Virus record (IMG/VR): IMGVR_UViG_3300021431_000075
Location: 96,001-160,000 of that record
Source of the DNA: a virus
Lineage: Duplodnaviria > Caudoviricetes
Reading direction: 5' to 3' (one strand)
Length of the DNA: 64,000 nt
Shown: positions 49,673 to 58,143 of the stretch, one piece after another
Layout of the letters: every line of letters starts with the position of its first letter
How positions within the stretch are numbered: the stretch's first letter is position 1
Notes under the pieces: model-generated
What the model was told of the DNA's origin: nothing
The model's input: the letters and a program-made list of their open reading frames with translations, nothing else
Database searches by the model: none
Program-made: the position numbers and the translations under genes

Positions 49673-49682
49673 TATTTTTGCA
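49673..49682 (+). promoter_or_regulatory. Bacteroidota-type promoter -7 element
   Basis: TATTTTTGCA after a terminator. Confidence 0.65.
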
Positions 49683-49708
49683 AATCAATATCAAAAAATG
49701 CAAAACTT

Positions 49709-50755
49709 ATGGAAAAGATTGACTTTGAAAAAATCCTTGCCGAACTATTAACTACCGGCACTAAACAAAACAAAAACTACATCAAGAGTTTCTTGGAACA
49801 GCGCGGCATCGAGTTCAAGAACAACACGTTCTCGCTTATAAGCAATGAATCCATGAGTATAAAACCAGAATCAACAGACACAAAAGTCATTACCGGAAAG
49901 TACAAGCCCGGAATGACTGTGTTCAACACGATTCGAAGCAGAGCATACATCGTCAAAGATGTATATTTCGAGAATCGAAAAAAGATGCTGTTGCTTATAG
50001 ATGCGTTAAACGGAGAGAAGAACACGACAGCATCAACAAATCCGGCATTGAGAAGATGGAACATTTCAGATGCCAAGATTGGAGACTTCATCTGCACCGA
50101 GAACTTTGTATTCATATTCAATGGCTTCAGACTGGACAAGGATACGCTCAAATGGAACGTTCACTACAAATGCGCAGCTGAATTACACAATCATGAAGAT
50201 GACGATCCTTTCCACATCCCTGCTCCACAAGCGCATATGGGGACGAAGAAAGATACAGATTTCAGAATAGCGACCGAGCAGGAACGGCTGTATCTATTGG
50301 AAGAAATCGAACGTCACGGTTACACTTGGAATCATGAAACCATAGAACTTGAAAAACATCCGTATTTCAAATACAACATCGGAGACTGGGTTGTATATAG
50401 AGATAACGGAGAATTGTGGAAAATTGAAAACGTAGTCAACCACAAATACTCGATGACTATGCAAGACGGAACAGAGAAAGCATTTGATTGTGACTTCGTG
50501 AACTATTGTTCTGACAAATGGTCAATCAAGAATGCGCAACCGGGAGATGTCTTGTATTACACGATGCCGAACGGAGACGAAATATTGGCTGTGTTCGAAT
50601 CTTTCGGAAGCAAGTTCCACAAACTCAGCATCGCATTCTGCACAACTACGGATGAAATCACAACAAACGTTCTAATCGACCCGGAACTTGTCATAGAACC
50701 GGCAACAGACGAACAGAAGCAGTGGCTGAAAGATGTCATAACAAAAACGAAATAG
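49709..50755 (+). CDS. modular repeat protein (2 modules)
   Basis: IDFEK N-terminus; RWNISDAKIGD, KWSIKNAQPGD. Confidence 0.8.
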   Translation: MEKIDFEKILAELLTTGTKQNKNYIKSFLEQRGIEFKNNTFSLISNESMSIKPESTDTKVITGKYKPGMTVFNTIRSRAYIVKDVYFENRKKMLLLIDALNGEKNTTASTNPALRRWNISDAKIGDFICTENFVFIFNGFRLDKDTLKWNVHYKCAAELHNHEDDDPFHIPAPQAHMGTKKDTDFRIATEQERLYLLEEIERHGYTWNHETIELEKHPYFKYNIGDWVVYRDNGELWKIENVVNHKYSMTMQDGTEKAFDCDFVNYCSDKWSIKNAQPGDVLYYTMPNGDEILAVFESFGSKFHKLSIAFCTTTDEITTNVLIDPELVIEPATDEQKQWLKDVITKTK

Positions 50756-50903
50756 AAACTCTGAACAAAAATATTCATTATACAGAAATCATTATGGATT
50801 CAGAACTTAAAAATATATCATCGGATTTGAACACAGAGGAACCGTTTTCAACATTCAAGAATATCAAACATTTCATCACCAAAAACAAAAATAAAGAGTC
50901 ATA

Positions 50904-52502
50904 ATGAAAAAGACAGCGATAGACTTCGAGCGTTTGCTCATGGACTTCTTATCGACCAAGCCGAATGACGGTTCCATCATCGAAACTCTTCTTATGAACC
51001 AGGGAATCGTCATAAAGGATGGTGAATTTGTCCGTTCAAAGAAAAATGCCAAAAACATAAACATAGAAAAGACAAAACGCCAATTCAATCCGGGCGACGT
51101 CATCATAAACGTTTCTGATATAGCACAGATTCCATACCGAGTGACCGGCTATGACAGAGACATGATTCTTGCAAAAAACATCCGAACCGGAAAGAGTTGT
51201 TCATTTCCTGACACTGCTCCACTACGAAACTGGCTTATAACGGATGCAACAAGAGGCGACATCCTTGTATGCAAGAACACTGTGTTCATGTACAAGAATC
51301 TTGCATGGGATTTCAGGACAGACAAAACAAAAGTGATGTACATCTGCATGACACTTCTCACTGAAATAGAATATCATGACAACTTCCAGTTTCCATCCGA
51401 AGAATCACACATCGGATTCGTTGAACTGGACAAATTCAGATTCGCGACAGACGATGAATGCAATTTCCTTATCGAAGAAGCCAAGAAACACGGTTACGAA
51501 CTGACATCCGACCACCGCGGTTTCACACATACAAGCGTGAAATATCCAGCAGGAACATGGATTGTCGACGATAGCGGCAACAAAACAGTGTACAAGGTCA
51601 TCGACTTCTACAAAGACAACTACTTGCTTATGACTGTCGATGAAAAAATAGTCTGGAAAGAAAATGCTTACATCAGCAAACAACAAAACATACACAGATG
51701 GTCTATTGCGGATGCGAAACGCGGAGATGTCTTGCATATCAAAAAAGACAAAACAACGAATTATGAATATCTCGTAATTTTTGAAACGTATCTCAATCAA
51801 TTCTTTGCCAAATGCCCGGTCATATACTGCTTGAGCACAAATGACTTTAATTGTCTGCCGTCAAATCCGTTGTCATCAGACAACATCGAACCTGCAACAA
51901 CAAACCAGTCAAAATATTTGTTCTCTCTTATGGAACAGAAAGGAATCGATTTGAAAGACGTCCTGCAACCAGAGAAACAAGAAGCCGACAGCAAGCATTC
52001 CGTTGAAACAAATTCACAAGAATGGAATATTGAAAATGCCAATGAAAATGACATAATCCTGATTTCCGGATACAAACATTTTTATAATTCGGAACCATTG
52101 GACTGGATAGCAAGAATCAAAGAAATCAACAAAGGGATTCTGCGCACATCTGCTCTCAACAAGCAAAAGGGCAAGTTGTTCGATAACATTTCATTCGGAA
52201 TAACAGACAGAAATAGCTATGACTATATCAGGCTTGCTAATGCAGATGAAGTACTTATGTTCTATAATGCACAAAGGAAGAATGCAGTATCATCAAGACA
52301 AGAATACAATGAAAAGATTCTTGCGTTGATTAAGTCTTTTCTTGCTGAAAATCCAGACATAAGGTTCAATCAACTGATTGCAGATATGAATTCTGATGCA
52401 TCAGAAGATGTGTTTGCAGAAGAGCCAAAAACAACATACGAAAGATTCAAAAAATATATAGAAAAAACAAAAGAACAAAAACATCATTATGTCAACAACT
52501 GA
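50904..52502 (+). CDS. modular repeat protein (3 modules)
   Basis: NWLITDATRGD, RWSIADAKRGD, EWNIENANEND. Confidence 0.8.
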   Translation: MKKTAIDFERLLMDFLSTKPNDGSIIETLLMNQGIVIKDGEFVRSKKNAKNINIEKTKRQFNPGDVIINVSDIAQIPYRVTGYDRDMILAKNIRTGKSCSFPDTAPLRNWLITDATRGDILVCKNTVFMYKNLAWDFRTDKTKVMYICMTLLTEIEYHDNFQFPSEESHIGFVELDKFRFATDDECNFLIEEAKKHGYELTSDHRGFTHTSVKYPAGTWIVDDSGNKTVYKVIDFYKDNYLLMTVDEKIVWKENAYISKQQNIHRWSIADAKRGDVLHIKKDKTTNYEYLVIFETYLNQFFAKCPVIYCLSTNDFNCLPSNPLSSDNIEPATTNQSKYLFSLMEQKGIDLKDVLQPEKQEADSKHSVETNSQEWNIENANENDIILISGYKHFYNSEPLDWIARIKEINKGILRTSALNKQKGKLFDNISFGITDRNSYDYIRLANADEVLMFYNAQRKNAVSSRQEYNEKILALIKSFLAENPDIRFNQLIADMNSDASEDVFAEEPKTTYERFKKYIEKTKEQKHHYVNN

Positions 52503-52839
52503 AAATTTGCAAATATACGACCTTTTGGTCGAACACTTCGGTAGCAGACAGAATATAGTCTCATCATGCGACAGCAAAAGAGGCATGTGCTTCTATTATC
52601 CACCAATAATGGAAAAACTTGATTTCGTATGTGTGTTTCCATCTAACGAAAAAGACATCGACATTGAATTGCAGAAAGCAATCGATGAACTAAATGAAAT
52701 ATATCCAAACACGGAATGCGTCGAACTCTGTCACATCGGCGAAAACAGAATTGTCAATCTTCGTTCAGACTCTCCTGCAAACATTGAAGCATTAACAAAG
52801 TTCGTGGAAGACATGAAGTCAAAACAAGAAACAGCATAA
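52489..52839 (+). CDS. hypothetical protein
   Basis: ORF track. Confidence 0.65.
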   Translation: MSTTENLQIYDLLVEHFGSRQNIVSSCDSKRGMCFYYPPIMEKLDFVCVFPSNEKDIDIELQKAIDELNEIYPNTECVELCHIGENRIVNLRSDSPANIEALTKFVEDMKSKQETA

Positions 52840-52936
52840 CAGTTGGACCGGCGAAGTAATAAAAACTGAACCATATGAAGACTTCATCAACAATCTTGAA
52901 GAGAAAGAAATCGACTAAGTTGCACTAACAACATCA

Positions 52937-52969
52937 AAAAGAGACTGGAAACTACAGTCTCTTTTTTTT
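52937..52969 (+). terminator. intrinsic terminator
   Basis: AAAAGAGACTG/CAGTCTCTTTT. Confidence 0.8.
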
Positions 52970-53051
52970 ATTTAAATGATTTTGTTTGTTAAATATTCTT
53001 AAAATATAAAAGAAAAACATTCAAAATATTTTTCAAATAAGAAGATTTTTC

Positions 53052-53061
53052 TATATTTGCA
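53052..53061 (+). promoter_or_regulatory. Bacteroidota-type promoter -7 element
   Basis: TATATTTGCA. Confidence 0.65.
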
Positions 53062-53086
53062 AAATCAAATTAAAAAAGTTCAAAAA

Positions 53087-53527
53087 ATGATGAAACAGAC
53101 AAGAAACAAAAAACCATATACGACCCTGGAACAATCAAAATTACTTTCCGGAGTTCTTTCTGATGAATCAGCCGACAATTACTGGAGTCTTGTAGATGCT
53201 GACTCAAAACGGTGGGAAATCAAGAACTATCCGTATTCAAGAGTCAAAGTTCCAAAATTTTCATACAACAAAATTAGTGATGTAATCATTCCGTGCTGGT
53301 CAATCGTTCCATTGATGAACTCTCTGAAACCAGAAATAAAACTGGAAAACGGTCAAACAATCTTCTTACACTTCAACAAAGATATATCCAATGAAGGAAT
53401 CGAAATCTATGTTATCAGGTACACAAACAGTTGGACCGGCGAAGTAATAAAAACTGAACCATATGAAGACTTCATCAACAGTCTTGTTGAAATCATTTTG
53501 AAACTGCATGAAAAAAATTTAATTTAA
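53087..53527 (+). CDS. TxxEQS...PCWS family phage protein
   Basis: YTTLEQSKLL..SADNY..PCWSI; start revised. Confidence 0.75.
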   Translation: MMKQTRNKKPYTTLEQSKLLSGVLSDESADNYWSLVDADSKRWEIKNYPYSRVKVPKFSYNKISDVIIPCWSIVPLMNSLKPEIKLENGQTIFLHFNKDISNEGIEIYVIRYTNSWTGEVIKTEPYEDFINSLVEIILKLHEKNLI

Positions 53528-53560
53528 TTATTCAAATTATTCACATAAAAATTAAAAAAT

Positions 53561-53980
53561 ATGCCAAATCAATCAATAGAAAAAAGTGCATTAATCGCTA
53601 TCATAGAAAACAATATCAAGTACACACCAGTAGAGTACGGTTCCAAATGGAAAGAGGGATACAAGAGAGCATGCTCCGACATGCTTGCTTACATCCAGTC
53701 TGTTCAAACTACATCAACAGTGGAAGATGTTCCAAAGAACAGCAACATGCTTGATGAGGATGCGCTTGACATAGCAATCAGGCTTATTGAAAACAACGGA
53801 AACGACTGTGCCGGAATCCTTGACAAAGAAAGAGCACTCAACTGGCTTAAATCCCTGAATCCAAACTCGTGTTGCTGGAAACCATCACTGCAGCAAATAA
53901 ACAAATTGAATGAGATCAGTCAATCTTTAAACGAATCGAAAGAGTTAATAGATTCAATCATTAATCGAATTCCAAAATAA
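53561..53980 (+). CDS. hypothetical protein
   Basis: NWLKSL...WKPSLQQ module. Confidence 0.7.
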   Translation: MPNQSIEKSALIAIIENNIKYTPVEYGSKWKEGYKRACSDMLAYIQSVQTTSTVEDVPKNSNMLDEDALDIAIRLIENNGNDCAGILDKERALNWLKSLNPNSCCWKPSLQQINKLNEISQSLNESKELIDSIINRIPK

Positions 53981-53988
53981 CTGAAAAT

Positions 53989-54408
53989 ATGAGAATTATA
54001 AAGCATAGAGGAAAGAAACTATCAGGCATTGGATGGATTTATGGCAACCTTGTTACAAAAGTGGTTGACAACGAAACAAAAGCATTCATTTGCTTCTTCG
54101 GCTGGTTGACAGTCCCGAAAGATGAAATAACTTCAATCCCTGTCAATCCAGAGACAGTCGAACAGTTCATAGGCATCTATGATAAAAACGGAAAGGAGAT
54201 ATACGAAGGCGATATTCTTGCACGCGAAGGAATCAAGCAGACACATTATTACAAAGTCTGGTGGAACCCTGCAAGATACACTTTCTATATAGGAAACTCT
54301 CCAATCGACGCATATGGCATAAAAGACGACTGTCTGATTGACTACTATGTTTCAGGCTGCATCCATGAGAACCCGGAACTTCTTGGCATAAACAATAATG
54401 AATTATAA
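53989..54408 (+). CDS. YopX family protein
   Basis: WIYGNL, PETVEQFIG, DKNGKEIYEGDI, GCIHENPELL. Confidence 0.85.
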   Translation: MRIIKHRGKKLSGIGWIYGNLVTKVVDNETKAFICFFGWLTVPKDEITSIPVNPETVEQFIGIYDKNGKEIYEGDILAREGIKQTHYYKVWWNPARYTFYIGNSPIDAYGIKDDCLIDYYVSGCIHENPELLGINNNEL

Positions 54409-54419
54409 TAAAAAAAGCA

Positions 54420-54812
54420 ATGAACGCAATAGTTAAAATTAAAGACTTTCTGACACAAAGACTCGCAGTTTTAGAAAATAAAACGAACAAGAATTATGAC
54501 ATGCTTGGAACCATGTCACTCGGTTGTGTCATCGAAGAGCTCAAAAATGTACAAAAATTCGTTAACAGCATCGATGACAAGTCAGCTTATCTTTATGAAT
54601 GGCACAAGCAGAGCGAGAACGATGTCACAATGACAGCAGACTGGGAAATCCGTCGTTTTGTATGCATCATGAAAAACGGTTCTGTAAAGCAACTGGACGT
54701 TTATCTTGATGAATCATTCGACGGCTCAATCAGCATGCACTACGAATTCGAGAACGATGAATCGCTTGACACAGATGATATCGTTCTCTGGACAGAAAAA
54801 CCAAAGCAATGA
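54420..54812 (+). CDS. hypothetical protein
   Basis: ORF track. Confidence 0.65.
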   Translation: MNAIVKIKDFLTQRLAVLENKTNKNYDMLGTMSLGCVIEELKNVQKFVNSIDDKSAYLYEWHKQSENDVTMTADWEIRRFVCIMKNGSVKQLDVYLDESFDGSISMHYEFENDESLDTDDIVLWTEKPKQ

Positions 54813-54874
54813 AAGTGAAATCCAGTTATCAACATCAATGTCAATCCGAAACTAATTAAAAACAATAATGAACT

Positions 54875-55249
54875 ATGACATGCGAAGAAATCAATCTATA
54901 TAATGATCTTGATACCAAGTTCAATAAAGCTGCGGAAAGAGCAGTTCAAATTCTCAAGAAATCAAGAAAAAGAGAAAATGAAGGAATTGCAGAAGCCAGT
55001 GAATTCAAAATCTATGATGACGAAGTCTACTGGAAAGGAGTCATAAGCTGCCGAGGCGAACAAGAAAGCGTCGATGGTTTCTTTCCGATTGATTATCTCT
55101 CAATGACTGATAAAGAACTTGAAGAAGCAGTCAAAAAAGAAAATGAAGAATATGAGCGTTTTCTCAACAATAAAGAAAAGGAAAAACAAGAGAGAGAGAA
55201 AAACAAACGTCGTGAAATGTACGAAAAACTCAAAAAAGAGTTCGGTTAA
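54875..55249 (+). CDS. hypothetical protein with coiled-coil C-terminus
   Basis: FPIDYL...YEKLKKEF. Confidence 0.7.
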   Translation: MTCEEINLYNDLDTKFNKAAERAVQILKKSRKRENEGIAEASEFKIYDDEVYWKGVISCRGEQESVDGFFPIDYLSMTDKELEEAVKKENEEYERFLNNKEKEKQEREKNKRREMYEKLKKEFG

Positions 55250-55324
55250 TTGCCATTTAAGCTAAATAAAGTTAAAAACTAAAACTTTTATCTCAATGCA
55301 CTTTTATAGAAGAAAAAAATTCTC

Positions 55325-55332
55325 TATATTTG
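55325..55332 (+). promoter_or_regulatory. Bacteroidota-type promoter -7 element
   Basis: TATATTTG. Confidence 0.6.
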
Positions 55333-55366
55333 TGCATTGAATTTATTTTAAATAAAAATAACAACA

Positions 55367-58138
55367 ATGGAAACGAACTCGAACAACTCAAACAAAAACT
55401 CATTACAGAAACTGGAAGAGTGGATCAGCAATTTCAGAAAAACGGCAACCGGACCGAAGGTGCAGGTATTTGATGCAGCAGCTGACAAACTGCTCGACTT
55501 GATATACTTTCTCGACAAATCGTTTGCAAATAACAGCAATGAAACAGAAAACAACGGCTCGGAAAAACTGAAAAATATGGGAGAAGTATCCGACGGCTAC
55601 CATACGTTCAACGAACTGTACTATTACAGGATGCTCTACAATGCCGCTTTCTTCAACCTGCTTCCGAAGGACATGGTCCATAAGAGCAAGAGGCACCATA
55701 CAGGAGAAGAATGCTTCGGCGGCGGATGGTTCATCGTTATGGCAAATCTTCCGACTGGTCAGATAAGCAATCACTATGAACTCAAGGACTGGGACCTATT
55801 CCAGATTCCAGAAAAGGAATGCGCTGACGAATGGGACGGACACACTCCGCAGCAGGCGGCAGAAAAACTGCACGAGTACCTGCTCATGACACAGGATAAG
55901 AAATACAATCTTTCCTCCGAATCAACAGTTCAGGAAAATCAGACAGAATATAAAGTCGGGGACTGGGTCGTTTTCGATCACACCACAAATGTAATCACTG
56001 AGCTACCCAAGAACGGATACGTAAACGTCGAGATTAGAAGATATGCACATGCCGGTTCGAAAACTCTAATAACACAGCATGTACCGATTACGTACATTCA
56101 CAAATGGACTCTTGACGATGCCCGTCCCGGAGACGTGCTTACACTTGAAACAGAGAACCAGAAATGGACGTTCATCTACAACAAAATCGTAAAGAAATCG
56201 GCAGATCTTCCGTTCGACACGCTGAAATACTATGCACTATTAACGGAAGAAGAATTCCTTGATAATGGAGTGGCAAGTCTGTGTGAAGATTGCAGATCCG
56301 AAAATTTCCGCCCGGCAACACAGGTAGAACAGGACATATTCTTCTCTGAAATGAAAGAATCTGGATACGAGTGGGACTGGGTGAATCGTGAGGTGAAAAA
56401 GACTGTTGAAACATCCGCCGATGCAGTGAACACAAAAACAGAGAAGCATAAGCCATTGTTCGAAATCGGCGACTGGGTTGTTCATGACTTGACCACTGGT
56501 GTTCCTGCAATCCGCAAAATCATCGACATGACTAACAAGTCGTATGTTCTCGACGGCGATTGCTTCAACAGCTTCTATTTCAAAGACTTGGAAGAGTCGT
56601 TCCGTCTCTGGACTATTGAAGATGCGCGTCCGGGCGATATTCTTGCAGCACACGAATGCTATGTAATGTTCAAGGAAATCGACGGTCTGAACATAAGATG
56701 CTTCTGCACTTATCACTATATGAATCACCAGTCGTTCTACTTGAACACACTGCAGAACAAGACAGCATTCCATCCAGCAACAGAAGAAGAATGCAAGGAA
56801 ATGCTATCGAAAATGAAAGAAGAAGGATATGCATTTGATTCAGTGCATAATGACTTGATTAAAATTCAGAATGGCACTCCGGATGAAAGCAAAGAACCCG
56901 ATGACGAGACAATACGAAAAACTCTCATCAATCTTGTCAGATGCAATGAGAGAAGCGGTTATACACTGCTTGACAATGTCAAGACAAGTGCAATGATTGA
57001 ATGGCTTGAAAAGCAGAAAGAAACCAACACAAAATCATCTATTGCATTGTCCATTATGAACTTTCTGGACAAAAACACACAGAAAATGTGTCTGTCCAAT
57101 ATGGAATGCGAAGATTTGGAAAATGCAGTCAACAATTCAGACTGGGCTAAAGTCTATCGCTACATGAAGAAGAAACTTGAACCGAAAGACAGCAAGCCGG
57201 CAATGGAATCACAAAAAGAGTCCGCTGCCAATAACAGCAAGATAAAGCCAAAATTCAAGGAAGGCTCTTATGCAGTTTCCGATATAGACAAGAAAGCAAG
57301 ACTCGTTTCAGAAGTCCATTGCGATGAAACAAACTGCTACTATCTGATCAACGGATTAGTGTATGACATCGAAGCTTATGACAAACTGCATCACAACTGG
57401 TCTATTAATGATGCACACACTGGAGATATTCTTGTTGCATCCGATAACTCTGTTTTCATCTTCAACGGAATCAAAGACAACCATGCATTGTATTATGCTG
57501 CAATGACAATGGACGGCTTTGTTCAGATAAGCGACGGCATGCATGCATGGGAAGATGTTCAAGGCTGCCATCCGGCAACAAGAAAACAGTGTCAGTTATT
57601 ATTCGAGTTAATGTACCGAATCGGCTATACCTGGGATGAAACAGCAAAAATGCCGATAAAGTCATCAACAGATAACCGTTCTGCATGCAAAGCATTGTGC
57701 AACATCGGAGACTGGATTGCAACAAAGCAGCATTATGCACTGAAAATCATAGGCATCACAACAGACGAATATATCACATCAGAAAATTCGGATGGAGATG
57801 AAATCGAATCATCGGAAGAAATAGAATTTGTTGACAGAAACTACCACATCTGGACCATCGATGATGCAAGAAACGGAGATATCCTTGCAAACAAAGACAG
57901 GATATTCATTTTCAGGAAAAGCGATCATACCAAGCCGACCAAGGATATTCGCTCTTATTGTCACTATGATATAGAAACAGACTCATTTGAAGAAGATGAT
58001 GAATTCTTTACGCTTCCGCTTGGTATGAAAGTTCAACCGGCAACAGCAGAACAATATAATACATTCTTCAAGAAGATGAAAGAATCTGGTTACGATTGGG
58101 ACGAAACGATAAAAGAACTGAACAAACTCGAAGATTAG
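55367..58138 (+). CDS. modular repeat protein (4 modules) with N-terminal WDGH-motif domain
   Basis: SDGYHTFNELY...GQISNHY...WDGHT, then four modules. Confidence 0.85.
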   Translation: METNSNNSNKNSLQKLEEWISNFRKTATGPKVQVFDAAADKLLDLIYFLDKSFANNSNETENNGSEKLKNMGEVSDGYHTFNELYYYRMLYNAAFFNLLPKDMVHKSKRHHTGEECFGGGWFIVMANLPTGQISNHYELKDWDLFQIPEKECADEWDGHTPQQAAEKLHEYLLMTQDKKYNLSSESTVQENQTEYKVGDWVVFDHTTNVITELPKNGYVNVEIRRYAHAGSKTLITQHVPITYIHKWTLDDARPGDVLTLETENQKWTFIYNKIVKKSADLPFDTLKYYALLTEEEFLDNGVASLCEDCRSENFRPATQVEQDIFFSEMKESGYEWDWVNREVKKTVETSADAVNTKTEKHKPLFEIGDWVVHDLTTGVPAIRKIIDMTNKSYVLDGDCFNSFYFKDLEESFRLWTIEDARPGDILAAHECYVMFKEIDGLNIRCFCTYHYMNHQSFYLNTLQNKTAFHPATEEECKEMLSKMKEEGYAFDSVHNDLIKIQNGTPDESKEPDDETIRKTLINLVRCNERSGYTLLDNVKTSAMIEWLEKQKETNTKSSIALSIMNFLDKNTQKMCLSNMECEDLENAVNNSDWAKVYRYMKKKLEPKDSKPAMESQKESAANNSKIKPKFKEGSYAVSDIDKKARLVSEVHCDETNCYYLINGLVYDIEAYDKLHHNWSINDAHTGDILVASDNSVFIFNGIKDNHALYYAAMTMDGFVQISDGMHAWEDVQGCHPATRKQCQLLFELMYRIGYTWDETAKMPIKSSTDNRSACKALCNIGDWIATKQHYALKIIGITTDEYITSENSDGDEIESSEEIEFVDRNYHIWTIDDARNGDILANKDRIFIFRKSDHTKPTKDIRSYCHYDIETDSFEEDDEFFTLPLGMKVQPATAEQYNTFFKKMKESGYDWDETIKELNKLED

Positions 58139-58143
58139 CGATT

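Larger units (their letters stand above)
52838..53480. repeat. 55-bp exact direct repeat (52838-52892 and 53426-53480)
   Basis: Identical; first copy is non-coding, second lies in the 3' part of the next gene. Confidence 0.9.
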
